Assembly: GCA_043821645.1 (NCBI GenBank)
Contig: JBDRCO010000037.1
Span: forward strand, 250,021 to 314,020
DNA length: 64,000 nucleotides
Source of the DNA: Pseudomonadota bacterium
GTDB taxonomy: Bacteria; Myxococcota; JACRCW01; JAFGSX01
Direction of reading: 5' to 3'
The notes below the pieces were generated by a model. It saw only the letters and a program-made list of their open reading frames with translations, had not been told where the DNA came from and did no database searches. Positions 31,270 to 42,499 of the stretch are shown here, one piece after another; the stretch's first letter is position 1, and the number at the start of each line of letters is the position of its first letter. A program made the position numbers and the translations under genes.

Positions 31270-31558
31270 GCGCACCCGTCCGGAGTCACGCAGATGTCAG
31301 GGGGTTGGGGCCGCTGCTTGAAGCACAGTTGATGTGGGTCTTGAAGCCTGTCCAGATTCTGGTGACGGTTCGCACGGTGGCCAGCCCGACCTCAAGCGGC
31401 GCCTGAACAGTGCTTGAACTCATCTCTGTAACTCCATGAAATACAAATCATCCGTACCTGGGTATGCCGAAAAGTTGCTGCGCTGGGTGGGCGCTGTTAG
31501 CCTTGGGCAGCACGGGCATTGCCCACAGGTGATCATGCCCGCTGTGCGAGGTGAACAG

Positions 31559-32383
31559 ATGGCGCGGTTCAATGGGATGGCGAGCCTGGCGATGCTGAGT
31601 GTGCTGACCCTGGGCGGCAAGGCCGGGGCCGACTCCACCAACACGATCTCGGCGGTGCAGATGGCGCGCGACGCCGCGGGGCGGACCATACGCATCCGCG
31701 GATCCACCCAGCCGACTTTTCAGCGCTTCACGTTGAACGACCCCTTCCGACTGGTGCTCGATTTCGTGGACGCCTCGATCAGCGGCGTGCCGGCCTACAC
31801 CTCGGTGGGTGACAGCCTGATCGAGAGCATCAAGGTCGAGGACCAGGGCGTGAGCGGTTCCAGCCTGAGCCGGGTGATGGTGACCTTCCGACAGGAGACG
31901 GACTTCCGTGTGTCGACCGAGGGCACCGACGTGATCATTGCAATGAACGGCGCTGGCGCCGCAGGCGATGTCGCGGAGCGCCCCGAGCCGGTGACCACCC
32001 TGGCCCAGGCCGATACCGGCGGCGAGACCAGCAACGACGTGTCCCTGGACGGATCCACCCGCGCCGTGAGCATGGTGGGTTTCCGCTTTCATCAGGACGT
32101 GTCGCGGATCTTCGTGCGCACCAATGACAAGGTTCGCTACTCGGTGCGCGAGATGGGCGAGCGCAGCGTGGTCATCGAACTGCAGAACACCCAGATCCCG
32201 CTGCGCAACAACGAGCGCTTTCTCGATACCCAGTACTTCGGTTCGCCGGTGCAGCTGATCCAGCCCGAGTCCATCGAGGGAGGCACGCCCACGGTTCGCA
32301 TCAAGATCAATCTCAAGAACAATGTGGCCTTCACCCACAAGCAGGTTGACAACGAGATCTGGGTCGACTTCCCCAACGGCTAG
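31559..32383 (+). CDS. Secreted tandem AMIN-domain protein
   Basis: Signal peptide; FTLNDPFRLVLDF...SRVMV AMIN motif, and a second unit ending VRIKINL; GAGG RBS. Confidence 0.78.
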   Translation: MARFNGMASLAMLSVLTLGGKAGADSTNTISAVQMARDAAGRTIRIRGSTQPTFQRFTLNDPFRLVLDFVDASISGVPAYTSVGDSLIESIKVEDQGVSGSSLSRVMVTFRQETDFRVSTEGTDVIIAMNGAGAAGDVAERPEPVTTLAQADTGGETSNDVSLDGSTRAVSMVGFRFHQDVSRIFVRTNDKVRYSVREMGERSVVIELQNTQIPLRNNERFLDTQYFGSPVQLIQPESIEGGTPTVRIKINLKNNVAFTHKQVDNEIWVDFPNG

Positions 32384-32510
32384 GAACCCACACCCTCGTT
32401 CCTGGCAACCCCACCTGTCCTCTCTTCCCGTTGTGTCGTCGAGCCACGCAGGGTAAAACCGGGCCTCCGGCGCAGGTCGCTGTCGCGCCACGTGCCAGAG
32501 AGGGTGAACC

Positions 32511-33227
32511 ATGCGGATCCGCACATCGCTTCGCTGGTGGGGTGCCATCGGTGGCCTGTCCCTGGCGCTGTCCTGTACGCCGGGCTCCGGCAACGACGAC
32601 GACGATGCCGCGCCACAGCCCCGGCAGTGTCTGGAGCACTGTGCCCAGACCGCTGACTGCAACACCGACTTCGAGTGCCGGGGCGCTCGCTGTGTGTACA
32701 CCGGGGCGGTATCCACCCCGCAGTGCACCGACGACAGCTCGTGCACACCCATCCTCAGCGGCTGGCTCGAGCTGACCACCTGCGACAGCTCCACCGCCTG
32801 CGTGTACGGGGTCTGCGTGGTGGTGGCGGGCCAGGGCCACTGCGCCATGCCGCCGCCCTGCACCGGTCTCACCGAGGTGGTCGAATGGCCAGGGCTCGAC
32901 GGAAACCCGGTGAGCGCCTGCGGCCGCACGGGCTACCGCTGCAGCAGCGGCCAGTGCTGGAAGCCCTGCGCCGACGGCGACTGTGGCGGATCCACACCGA
33001 TCTGCGGCGATGACGGGCGCTGTCGCTGCGAGGGTTCGAGCTGCGACGGCAACCTCGGCGGCACGGTCTGCTTGCCCGATGGGCACTGCGGATGCCAGGC
33101 CGGTACGGACTGCCCCGCGGACACCGCGGACACCTGCTTCTCCGGCATCTGTGGCTGCGGATCCGCTGCCATCTGCACCGACCCCACCGTGCATACCAGC
33201 ACGACCTGGGTGTGCGAGGTGCCGTGA
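32511..33227 (+). CDS. Cys-rich lipoprotein
   Basis: Lipobox LALSC; very high Cys content in EGF-like spacing. Confidence 0.8.
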   Translation: MRIRTSLRWWGAIGGLSLALSCTPGSGNDDDDAAPQPRQCLEHCAQTADCNTDFECRGARCVYTGAVSTPQCTDDSSCTPILSGWLELTTCDSSTACVYGVCVVVAGQGHCAMPPPCTGLTEVVEWPGLDGNPVSACGRTGYRCSSGQCWKPCADGDCGGSTPICGDDGRCRCEGSSCDGNLGGTVCLPDGHCGCQAGTDCPADTADTCFSGICGCGSAAICTDPTVHTSTTWVCEVP

Positions 33228-35716
33228 GGCGAGCCGCGGTCAGCTCCGGGCTGGTGCTCGCCGCGCTGGCCTCCCTGGCCGCGCGCATGCCCATCGAGGT
33301 CCCGCTCATCGCCGGGCCCGAGGTGAGCGCCGATCCTGACGTGGTTCCCGTGATCCCTGGCCCGGCCACCCAGCCCAGCTTGGATCAGCCTGCCCCGGCG
33401 GGCGGAATGCGCATCCTGGCGGACCATGTGCGGTACCAGCACGGCAGCCAGGTGGTCTTCATCGAGGGTAACGTCGAGGTGCACCAGCCACCCTTCGTGG
33501 TCCTGGCCGACGAACTCCGGGTCGACTTCGCCCGCCACCGCATCGATGCCCTGGGCCGTGTTCGCGTCATCGAGCGCAACCGCCTGATCACTTGCCGGGA
33601 GGCCAAGGTGCAGATGCCCCTGGGCCAGGCCAGCCTCCGCGACGTGCACTTCGAGATCCGTTCCACCGACGTGCCGGTGCAGCAGGCGCGAGACCTCCAG
33701 GCCATGGGGCGTTCGTGGCCAGGGGCCCTGTGGTTGTTCGGTCAGGCCTCCGAGGTGCGGCGCGAGGCCTCGGGCGCCCTGGTGCTCAAGGATGCCACGG
33801 TCACTCCCTGCGACTGCGGAGACGACGCGCCCTCCTGGAGGCTGACCTCGTCGCACATCGACGTCATCACGGATCACGGCGCCTGGGCCCGCTGGCCCGT
33901 GATCTACATTGGCGACATCCCGGTGCTGACCCTGCCGGCCTGGTACGTCCCGCTGAGCGACCGCCAAAGTGGGCTGCTGGCGCCGCGCTTCGCCCTGCGC
34001 GATGGCTTCTGGTGGATGCAGCCGGCCTACCTGACGCTCGGCCGAAGCGCAGACCTCACGGTCACGCCCGGTGTGGTGCTGCAGCGCGGGCCCCGTCTGG
34101 AACTGGAGCTGCGCTGGGCACCTGTGCGAGGCAGCGACGGCCAGGTTCAGCTCGCGGGGCAGTGGGACGAGAAGTACCTGGCGGCGCAACACGTGGACCG
34201 CAGCACGTGGTGGGGCGGCAGCACCGACACCGGCGAGTTCGTGCCGGCCACCCGCGGAGCGCTGCGCCTGTTCCATCGCAGCAGCGGCTCGGACCAGGCT
34301 GCGGTGGTGGATGTGCGCGTCACCAGCGACCGCCACGTGGCCGGCGATTTCGGCGACAGCCTGGGCGCGCGCATCGAGCCCTACGTGCGCTCCGCGGCCC
34401 AGATCTCGAAAAGACTCGGATCCGAGGTGGTGGTGGGCGCGCAGGCGGCGGCCTACCAGGATCTGAGACAGCAGCAATTGCTGTTCTTTCCCCTGCCCGG
34501 CGAGACGCCCTACCGCGCGCCGCTGCTGTTCAGCCGCCTGTTGCCAGTGGGTCTGGGCCCCGTCGTGATCGAGGGCGATGCGGATCTGCTGCGCGCCGGT
34601 CTGGTCGGCGCAGGTCCAGCCAGTCCACTTGACCCGCAGGTGCTGCACGAGGCCTGGCGGGCTGCGGCCTGGGGCCGGGCCAGCATTCCTGTACGCCTGT
34701 TCGAGGTGGTCTCGCTGAGCGCTGGCGCCGGAACCCGCCAAGCGCTGTTCCTCGACGACAGCGGCCAGGCGCGGACGGGTGGTGTGGCCCTTCTCGATGC
34801 GCGGCTGTCCACCGAATTGCACCAGGTGTACGACCTGGGCCAGCTGCTCGAGAACCTGCCGGGCGCAGACCTGGTGCCAGGGACGGGTGCAGACCGTGCC
34901 AGGACCTACACCACCCTCACCCTGCGCCACGGCATCGAACCTTATGTGCGCTACGTCGGTGTGCCTGTGCGCTTCGAGGATGGGCGTGGTCCCTGGCCCG
35001 TGGTCGACGAGCGCGACCGCTTTCGCCCGACCCACCAGCTCCTGGCAGGTGTGCGCACCACCCTGCAGCAGACGCGAGCCCGTCGCGGGCAGCATCTGGC
35101 CGAGCTGACCCTGGCCCAGGGCCTGGATGCACGACGACTTGCCGAGGCGCTTGCGTTGACCGGTCAGGGCACGCCCGACAAGCCGGTCGAGAGGCTGCGC
35201 CTGGGTCTGTCCGACGCCTACCTGGCAGGTGTGGTGCGCTATCGCGGTCTGGCCAGCCGCCTGTTCGTGGCGGTGGATCCGGAGACCGCTCGCGTGGGCG
35301 CGCTGCTGTCGCGGATCCGCATCGCCTTCCCGAAATCGCTGACCCTGGCCCTGTCCTACGACCTGCTGGGCAGCGTGCCCACCGATCAGCTCTACGCCGC
35401 CAACCACGAGCTGTTCGGGGACACCGCCATCCCGCTACCCGAGGTACCGCTGGCGGACAGGCTGGCTGCCTCCTGCGCCATCTCACCGCTGCCCTCGACG
35501 CGCCTGAGTTACGGTGTGGAGCTGGCCATGCTGGCCGGTCGCCAGGGCGAGATCTTCGACCGCGTGCTCACCCACGGCGGCGAGATCGTCTACCGCTCGA
35601 GCTGCCAGTGCTGGGAGGCCGGCGCCCGGGTGCGCTTCTGGCCCGATCGAGCCTTGCCCGATGTGGGCTTCATCCTGACCATCTCGGGGTTTGGCGAGCA
35701 GATTAGCCTTTTTTAG
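33224..35716 (+). CDS. lptD: LPS-assembly protein LptD-like
   Basis: N-terminal beta-jellyroll (EGNVEV...ADEL), TPCDC...PSW, RQSGLLAP, C-terminal YRSSCQCW; GTG overlaps the upstream stop; downstream of accD-folC. Confidence 0.8.
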   Translation: MRRAAVSSGLVLAALASLAARMPIEVPLIAGPEVSADPDVVPVIPGPATQPSLDQPAPAGGMRILADHVRYQHGSQVVFIEGNVEVHQPPFVVLADELRVDFARHRIDALGRVRVIERNRLITCREAKVQMPLGQASLRDVHFEIRSTDVPVQQARDLQAMGRSWPGALWLFGQASEVRREASGALVLKDATVTPCDCGDDAPSWRLTSSHIDVITDHGAWARWPVIYIGDIPVLTLPAWYVPLSDRQSGLLAPRFALRDGFWWMQPAYLTLGRSADLTVTPGVVLQRGPRLELELRWAPVRGSDGQVQLAGQWDEKYLAAQHVDRSTWWGGSTDTGEFVPATRGALRLFHRSSGSDQAAVVDVRVTSDRHVAGDFGDSLGARIEPYVRSAAQISKRLGSEVVVGAQAAAYQDLRQQQLLFFPLPGETPYRAPLLFSRLLPVGLGPVVIEGDADLLRAGLVGAGPASPLDPQVLHEAWRAAAWGRASIPVRLFEVVSLSAGAGTRQALFLDDSGQARTGGVALLDARLSTELHQVYDLGQLLENLPGADLVPGTGADRARTYTTLTLRHGIEPYVRYVGVPVRFEDGRGPWPVVDERDRFRPTHQLLAGVRTTLQQTRARRGQHLAELTLAQGLDARRLAEALALTGQGTPDKPVERLRLGLSDAYLAGVVRYRGLASRLFVAVDPETARVGALLSRIRIAFPKSLTLALSYDLLGSVPTDQLYAANHELFGDTAIPLPEVPLADRLAASCAISPLPSTRLSYGVELAMLAGRQGEIFDRVLTHGGEIVYRSSCQCWEAGARVRFWPDRALPDVGFILTISGFGEQISLF

Positions 35717-35735
35717 GGGGCGTCGGGCGCCCCCT
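35715..35735. terminator. GC hairpin after lptD
   Basis: AGGGGGCG-TCGGG-CGCCCCCT; no clear downstream U-tract. Confidence 0.35.
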
Positions 35736-35845
35736 GTGCTGGCTGACAGGGAGCCCCCGCTCTCGAACCCGTTCTGCACGTTGCGTGTAGGCGAGCCCAT
35801 GGTCTTCGTGTAGGAAGGCTGCAACCACCTGGGGGTCACCGCATC

Positions 35846-37435
35846 ATGAACAAGATCATCGCGCTCCTCATCATGCTCGCCCTCTTTGGCTGCAAGTCCG
35901 AGCCCCGGATTGTCGACGAGGCCTCGGTGTACGCCAAGGTCAAGAAATACGTGGCGGGCAACGCCGCCAATCTGCTCCAGCCCGAGCGGCTGCCCCCCAT
36001 GGTGCTCACGACCTATGGGGTCCCCAGCCACGAGCAGGCGCGTTTTTTGGAGATCTACCGGCGTTTCCTCGACTACCGCGCTCGGCTGCCACAAGAACTG
36101 CAGCGTGCGGACGCCGCCATGGAGATGACCCTCGAGCTGTCGCAGGACGACCCCGGGGACGCACTGCTCGGCGTCACCGTGCCAAGGGCGCCCACTGCTG
36201 ATGACCCCGCCTACGTGGCTTACCTGCTGCATCTGGGACCGGGTGTGGATAGCGCAGCCGTCGCGGACCCCGGCTACGTGGGGCAGCTGGCCGGGCTGTT
36301 CCAGGTGACGCCTCGCGCCATACAACGCGGCCTGTGGATCGCGCTGCAGCAGGACCAGGACAGCCTGGCCAATGCCCTGGTCGGATTCATGGAAGGCGAG
36401 CTCAAGAAGGGCACCACGCTCACCCCGGACAGCTTCGCGGACAAGGTGCTGGTACCCTTCTTCACCTACGTGAGCAGGGGCTTCACGCTGACACCGGAAA
36501 ACGAGGCCGCCATCGCCGAGGGCTTCGGACGAACTCTCGGCGACCCCAAAGAATTCGAAAAAGTCTTCGAGGAGTTGCGTTACCACCTCAACGGCGAGGA
36601 ACCTCAGGTCCGGCGCCTGCACGCGCTCAACGCCAAGCTGCTCGAGAAAGACCTGTTTTTCTATCTGGTGCCGGGCCAGCTCACGCTGTATCGACCGCAT
36701 CCCTACCGCATCGATATCGGCCGCAAGGACCTTGTGGGCATCCGCGCCCTGAAGGCTCGCGGCCCGGCGCTGCGGCGGCCCTTTGCAGGATGCTGGCCCT
36801 ATGCAGACCGCGAGATCTTCTTGCCCGTGGAGCTGGTGGCCAGTCAGCGCGACGTCACCCGCGCGCTCATCGAGCACGGGACCCTGCCCTTTGCCACCAC
36901 CCCGGAGTCCGAGCAGCTGTGGCGGGATCAGGGACTGGAGCTCGACGCCGCCAGGGTGAAGTCGCTCTACCAGGGACTCGCGGGCAAGGCCTTCGAGGGT
37001 GCTCAGGATGCAACCCTGCTCGCCGATCTGTTCTTCGACGCCGCCGTGATGCAGTCGCGCTGCCAGGTGGACCTGGGACCGGGCAGCGGCCTGGACAGCC
37101 TCGATGTCGCGATCGCCGCCCACGGCGCGCAGATCACCTCGGGTCGCCGCCCCGAGCTGCACCTGCTCACCTTCATCCAGGACGTGCAGGAGCAGCGCCA
37201 GAAGAGCACCGACATCGATCACAACAAGCGGCTGGACGCCGTGCTTGGCACCCTTTGGAAGATGGCCCTGCAGCGGCAGGCAGATGCCCTGAACCGCGAC
37301 GGGCTGCGCAAGGCCATGCGCGCGTTTCACGATGCGCACCGCACGCTCAAGGGCAACAAGCCACTACCTGCGCTGGCGACCTTCGAGCGCGACATCGTCC
37401 AGACCCATCTCGCCGGCGCGCCCGCGCTTCCCTGA
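35846..37435 (+). CDS. Hypothetical lipoprotein (529 aa)
   Basis: Lipobox LALFGC; long ORF with host-like codon usage; no recognised family. Confidence 0.8.
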   Translation: MNKIIALLIMLALFGCKSEPRIVDEASVYAKVKKYVAGNAANLLQPERLPPMVLTTYGVPSHEQARFLEIYRRFLDYRARLPQELQRADAAMEMTLELSQDDPGDALLGVTVPRAPTADDPAYVAYLLHLGPGVDSAAVADPGYVGQLAGLFQVTPRAIQRGLWIALQQDQDSLANALVGFMEGELKKGTTLTPDSFADKVLVPFFTYVSRGFTLTPENEAAIAEGFGRTLGDPKEFEKVFEELRYHLNGEEPQVRRLHALNAKLLEKDLFFYLVPGQLTLYRPHPYRIDIGRKDLVGIRALKARGPALRRPFAGCWPYADREIFLPVELVASQRDVTRALIEHGTLPFATTPESEQLWRDQGLELDAARVKSLYQGLAGKAFEGAQDATLLADLFFDAAVMQSRCQVDLGPGSGLDSLDVAIAAHGAQITSGRRPELHLLTFIQDVQEQRQKSTDIDHNKRLDAVLGTLWKMALQRQADALNRDGLRKAMRAFHDAHRTLKGNKPLPALATFERDIVQTHLAGAPALP

Positions 37436-37829
37436 CCGGGGACAGCTCCGGATCCGGGGAGAAAGGCCGTGCAGCCCCCTGTCCTCTCTTGTCGCCGGCC
37501 CTTGGTCCCCCCAGCTTGAATTCCTCCCGTGGCCCTTGCGCACGGGCTTGTCACCTTGCGTGGTGGCACGTAAGGTCCCCCGGCCGCGTCACCGGAGCAC
37601 GGGCCAGCGAGGACCATGTGTGTGAACGCAGGAACACGAGCCCAGGCATGACGACAGGACGACCAGACCGCACCCTGTGTGTCCCCGACACCGGGACACC
37701 GCACCCCGGACGCGCTAGCGCGGTGTGCCGGCGCCCGCCCCCCTGAGACACGCTCGCTTCTGAGTTCCGACGACGACAACCCGGAGCCGGTTGCCGGCGC
37801 CCACCAGGGCGGGCTGGCGAGAGGGCGAC

Positions 37830-39446
<1,617 letters not shown>

Positions 39447-39681
39447 CGCAGGGCCCCAGGCCTTCGGGTGCTTCCCCGGGCAGGATCTCGGTGCCCGCGC
39501 CCCCCGACGCGCAATCGCTCGGCGCGCGAGGTGGAGACCCCGCGAGGGGCTCTGAACGCCCGCCACATGAGGTGCGGGGCGGGCCTGGCCCGAACGGGAG
39601 GTCGCGCGCGCGGACCTGTGTTAAGTGTGGAGCCTGAACACCGGCCCGCCGCTGGCGTCCAATGACCTCAGGAGGGATTTC

Positions 39682-40527
39682 ATGCGCCGAACCATCCGCA
39701 CCCTGATCAGCACCGCCGCGTTGCTGGCCATCCTGGTCCCGACCTCCGCCTGCGCGTTTTTGCAGCAACTGCTGGGCAACATCCAGTACCCGGTGGTCAA
39801 GGTCACGCAGATGGTGCCCGAGCTCAAGGACATTGCCACCGCGGTGCTGCACTTCAAGCTGGCCATCAAGAATCCGAATCCGGTGGGCTTCAAGCTGGCG
39901 GGCATCGGCTACGGTCTCGATGTCGAGGGCAAGCACGTGGCCGATGGACGGACCCGCAAGGGGCTGACGCTCAAGGCCAATGGCAAGAGCGCCACCGCGG
40001 TGGACGTCAACGTCAAGCTGATCGAGATCGCAGCCTCCTTCCTCGAGCTGCTGGGCAAACCCAGCGCGGCCTACGCCGGGACCTTTGACCTCGAGTTCGA
40101 CACCCCGGTGGGCAAGATCAACATCCCGATCAAGCACAGCGGCAAATTTCCACTCCCTCAGAAACCACCCATTGCACTCGAAGGTATCCAGATCAGCGGT
40201 GTCGACTTCAGCGGGGTCAAGCTGCTGGCCAAGGTGCGCATCGACAACCCCAACCCCTTCCGCATGCCGGTGGATGCGCTGCGCATGAACCTCAAGGTCA
40301 ACAACCGCGACCTCGCCGGGGTCTCCGCTCCTGCCGGGCTGGCCATGGAGCCAGGTCAGCCGCTGCGCATCCCGCTCACGGTCAACGCGAGCTTCGGCGC
40401 CATCGGGTTGACTGCCGCAGACCTGACGCGCAGACCCAACCTGGCCTACAAGGCGAGCATGAACCTGGCGTCGGGACCCCTGAAGTTGCCCGCGGATCTG
40501 GCCGGGACCTTTCGATTTGCCAACTGA
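39682..40527 (+). CDS. LEA type 2 (tandem WHy domain) lipoprotein
   Basis: AGGAGG RBS; lipobox-like PTSAC; two NPN motifs (IKNPNP, IDNPNP). Confidence 0.85.
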   Translation: MRRTIRTLISTAALLAILVPTSACAFLQQLLGNIQYPVVKVTQMVPELKDIATAVLHFKLAIKNPNPVGFKLAGIGYGLDVEGKHVADGRTRKGLTLKANGKSATAVDVNVKLIEIAASFLELLGKPSAAYAGTFDLEFDTPVGKINIPIKHSGKFPLPQKPPIALEGIQISGVDFSGVKLLAKVRIDNPNPFRMPVDALRMNLKVNNRDLAGVSAPAGLAMEPGQPLRIPLTVNASFGAIGLTAADLTRRPNLAYKASMNLASGPLKLPADLAGTFRFAN

Positions 40528-40578
40528 GGTCCGGGGTTCGTTTCCACAGCCCAGCTCAAGCCAGAGATCGCGATCGGC

Positions 40579-40827
40579 TCAGTCGCCGTCGGGCGGCGCG
40601 GTCTGGTACTGGACCACCTCGACGCTGGCAACGGAGATGCCCAGGTAGACCTGGACGCTGAACAGGGCGAGCACGAACCAGGCCACGGCCACGCCACCCG
40701 CGATGGCGAGGCCATGACGACGGCGGCGCAGGAACACGACGCCGATGCTGAGCACACCCAGGGCCAGCAGCAGCGCCCCGTACAGCGCGTTGCTGTGAAA
40801 GGTCAGGATGACAGCCGTCAGTCCCAC
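40579..40827 (-). CDS. Small two-TM membrane protein
   Basis: GTG 40827 overlapping the CPBP gene end; two hydrophobic helices separated by RRRRH. Confidence 0.5.
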   Translation of the reverse strand: MGLTAVILTFHSNALYGALLLALGVLSIGVVFLRRRRHGLAIAGGVAVAWFVLALFSVQVYLGISVASVEVVQYQTAPPDGD

Positions 40828-41390
40828 GTCGGTCCCTGGGCTGCGACCTCGTCGCCATAGGTGCGCGACAGGTAGCGCAGATTGATAAAGTTGATGGCGG
40901 CGTGCGCCGCGATGGGCGCGATCAGATTGCCGGTGAGGGCGCACAGCCCACCAAACAGGAAGCCCGCACCGATGGCCATGCCGGTCCAGGGCAAGAACAC
41001 CTTGCCAGGCCCCACGTGCAGCAACCCGAAGGCCAGGGCCGTGACCACCAGACCGACCACCGGCTGCATGGCACCACGAAACAGTGCCTCCTCGCCGATG
41101 GCCGAGAGCAGCGACACCATCAAGGCCTCGGACGCGCTGAAGGGCCCGAGGGACTCGAACAGGGCTCGCTCCAGCCGCTGAGCCCAGGTGAAGCGCGTGC
41201 TCAGACGCTGGCTGGCCCAGGCTGTGAGCAAGCCCACCCCCAGACCCAGTGCAGCCTGCGCCAGCAGGTACCCCGGCCCCACGTCGATGGCGAGGAGCAG
41301 GTTCTGGTCCTGGGCGGTGGCCCAGATGGCGCCGATGGTGAACAGCACACCGTAGAAAAGTGCAATGCGCGAAAGCCGGGTCGCGGTCAT
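40818..41390 (-). CDS. CPBP (CAAX protease-like) intramembrane metalloprotease
   Basis: EEALFRG, FGLLH, AHAAIN motifs. Confidence 0.92.
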   Translation of the reverse strand: MTATRLSRIALFYGVLFTIGAIWATAQDQNLLLAIDVGPGYLLAQAALGLGVGLLTAWASQRLSTRFTWAQRLERALFESLGPFSASEALMVSLLSAIGEEALFRGAMQPVVGLVVTALAFGLLHVGPGKVFLPWTGMAIGAGFLFGGLCALTGNLIAPIAAHAAINFINLRYLSRTYGDEVAAQGPTWD

Positions 41391-41398
41391 GACGAAGC

Positions 41399-41427
41399 AG
41401 CGTAGAGTTGACATTGCAGCGCGTCAA
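41399..41427 (-). promoter_or_regulatory. sigma70 promoter for the CPBP gene (leaderless or near-leaderless)
   Basis: Minus strand TTGACG, 17 bp, TACGCT; ATG 8 nt downstream; no SD. Confidence 0.55.
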
Positions 41428-41605
41428 GAAGCGCGGCGCGTCTGGCCAGTGAGGTTGAGCCGCCGGGCTCGACTCGTTATAAGCGTCTCTCGCGAACCCA
41501 GGTGCACGGCGCAAACCTGGCCAGTGCGGATGGCGGTGTGCGGGCAACGGGATTCCCTCCTGTCGACGAGAGGCGGGCCCATCGGCCGGAGAAGAGAGGA
41601 ACGCG

Positions 41606-42481
41606 ATGCCACTCAACAGGGAGCTGCTGGGGCGGGTCTATGAAAGCCAGACCGGTTTCGAGGTCAGCGCCGAGGCCATCCGCGCCTATGCCCTGGCCAC
41701 CAACAGCACCAACACCCGCTACCTGGGGCAGGGGGCCGTGGTCGCTCCCCCGTGCTTCTGCGTGGCCGTGAGTCGAGAGGTGCTGGCCCGGGCCCTGCTC
41801 GACCCGGACCTGCACGTCGACCTGCCGCGGCTCCTGCATACCGATCAGGTGATGCGCTTTCACCAGCCGCTACGCCCGGGTGACCGCCTGCGCGCGCGCA
41901 CCACCGTGTCTTTCTTCGACGACAAGCGCACGGGTGAATGCATGGATCTGCAGAGCCAGATCCATCGCGAGAACGGTGCGCTGGTGTACGAGTCGGTGGT
42001 GGGCATCTTCATTCGCTACGAGGAGCGCAAGGCGAGCGACGCGCTCCTGCCACCGATCGGCACGCCACGCTCGGAGTTGCCGCGCGTGCCAGCCGGCGCC
42101 GAGACCCTGGTCGAGGCCAGCGTCGAGGTGGCGGCAGACCAGTCGGTGCGCTACGCCGCAGCCTCGGGCGATGACAACCCCATCCATCTCGACGAGACCT
42201 TCGCACGCAGTGTCGGCCTCCCGGGCATCATCCTGCACGGCCTGTGCACCCTGGCCATGGCCCAGCATGCCATCGTCGATGGGGTGGCCGGGGGCGACCC
42301 GACGGTCCTGCGCGCTCTGTCCTGCAAGTTCACGCGCCCCGTGCTCATGGGCGACACCCTGACCACGCGTGGTCAGCGTCTCGACGAGGGTGACGGTGTC
42401 CTGCGCCTTGGCTTCGAGGTTCTCAACCAGGCGGGCAAGGCGGTGATCAAGGACGGCGTGGCGGAGATCGCTCGGGGGTGA
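41606..42481 (+). CDS. MaoC-like (R)-specific enoyl-CoA hydratase, double hot-dog
   Basis: YAAASGDDNPIH, ILHGLCT, F.RPV.MGD; N-terminal hot-dog LLHTDQ...PLRPGD. Confidence 0.9.
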   Translation: MPLNRELLGRVYESQTGFEVSAEAIRAYALATNSTNTRYLGQGAVVAPPCFCVAVSREVLARALLDPDLHVDLPRLLHTDQVMRFHQPLRPGDRLRARTTVSFFDDKRTGECMDLQSQIHRENGALVYESVVGIFIRYEERKASDALLPPIGTPRSELPRVPAGAETLVEASVEVAADQSVRYAAASGDDNPIHLDETFARSVGLPGIILHGLCTLAMAQHAIVDGVAGGDPTVLRALSCKFTRPVLMGDTLTTRGQRLDEGDGVLRLGFEVLNQAGKAVIKDGVAEIARG

Positions 42482-42499
42482 TCGGACCGCCATCTGCGG

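Noticed and set aside
32414..37490. 13-mer CCTGTCCTCTCTT shared by two intergenic regions (32414-26 and 37478-90)
   Set aside because: Only two low-complexity copies; compatible with chance.
37564..37580. sigma54 promoters at TGGCAC sites (here and near 2366)
   Set aside because: No correctly spaced TTGC (-12) element.
40818..41390. CPBP protease as an abortive-infection or bacteriocin system
   Set aside because: No defence or bacteriocin context; this is a common membrane protease family.
41411..41427. Third phasin-type operator (ACATTGC-AGC-GCGTCAA) upstream of the MaoC gene
   Set aside because: Only one half-site matches, and it is already explained as the -35 of the divergent CPBP promoter.
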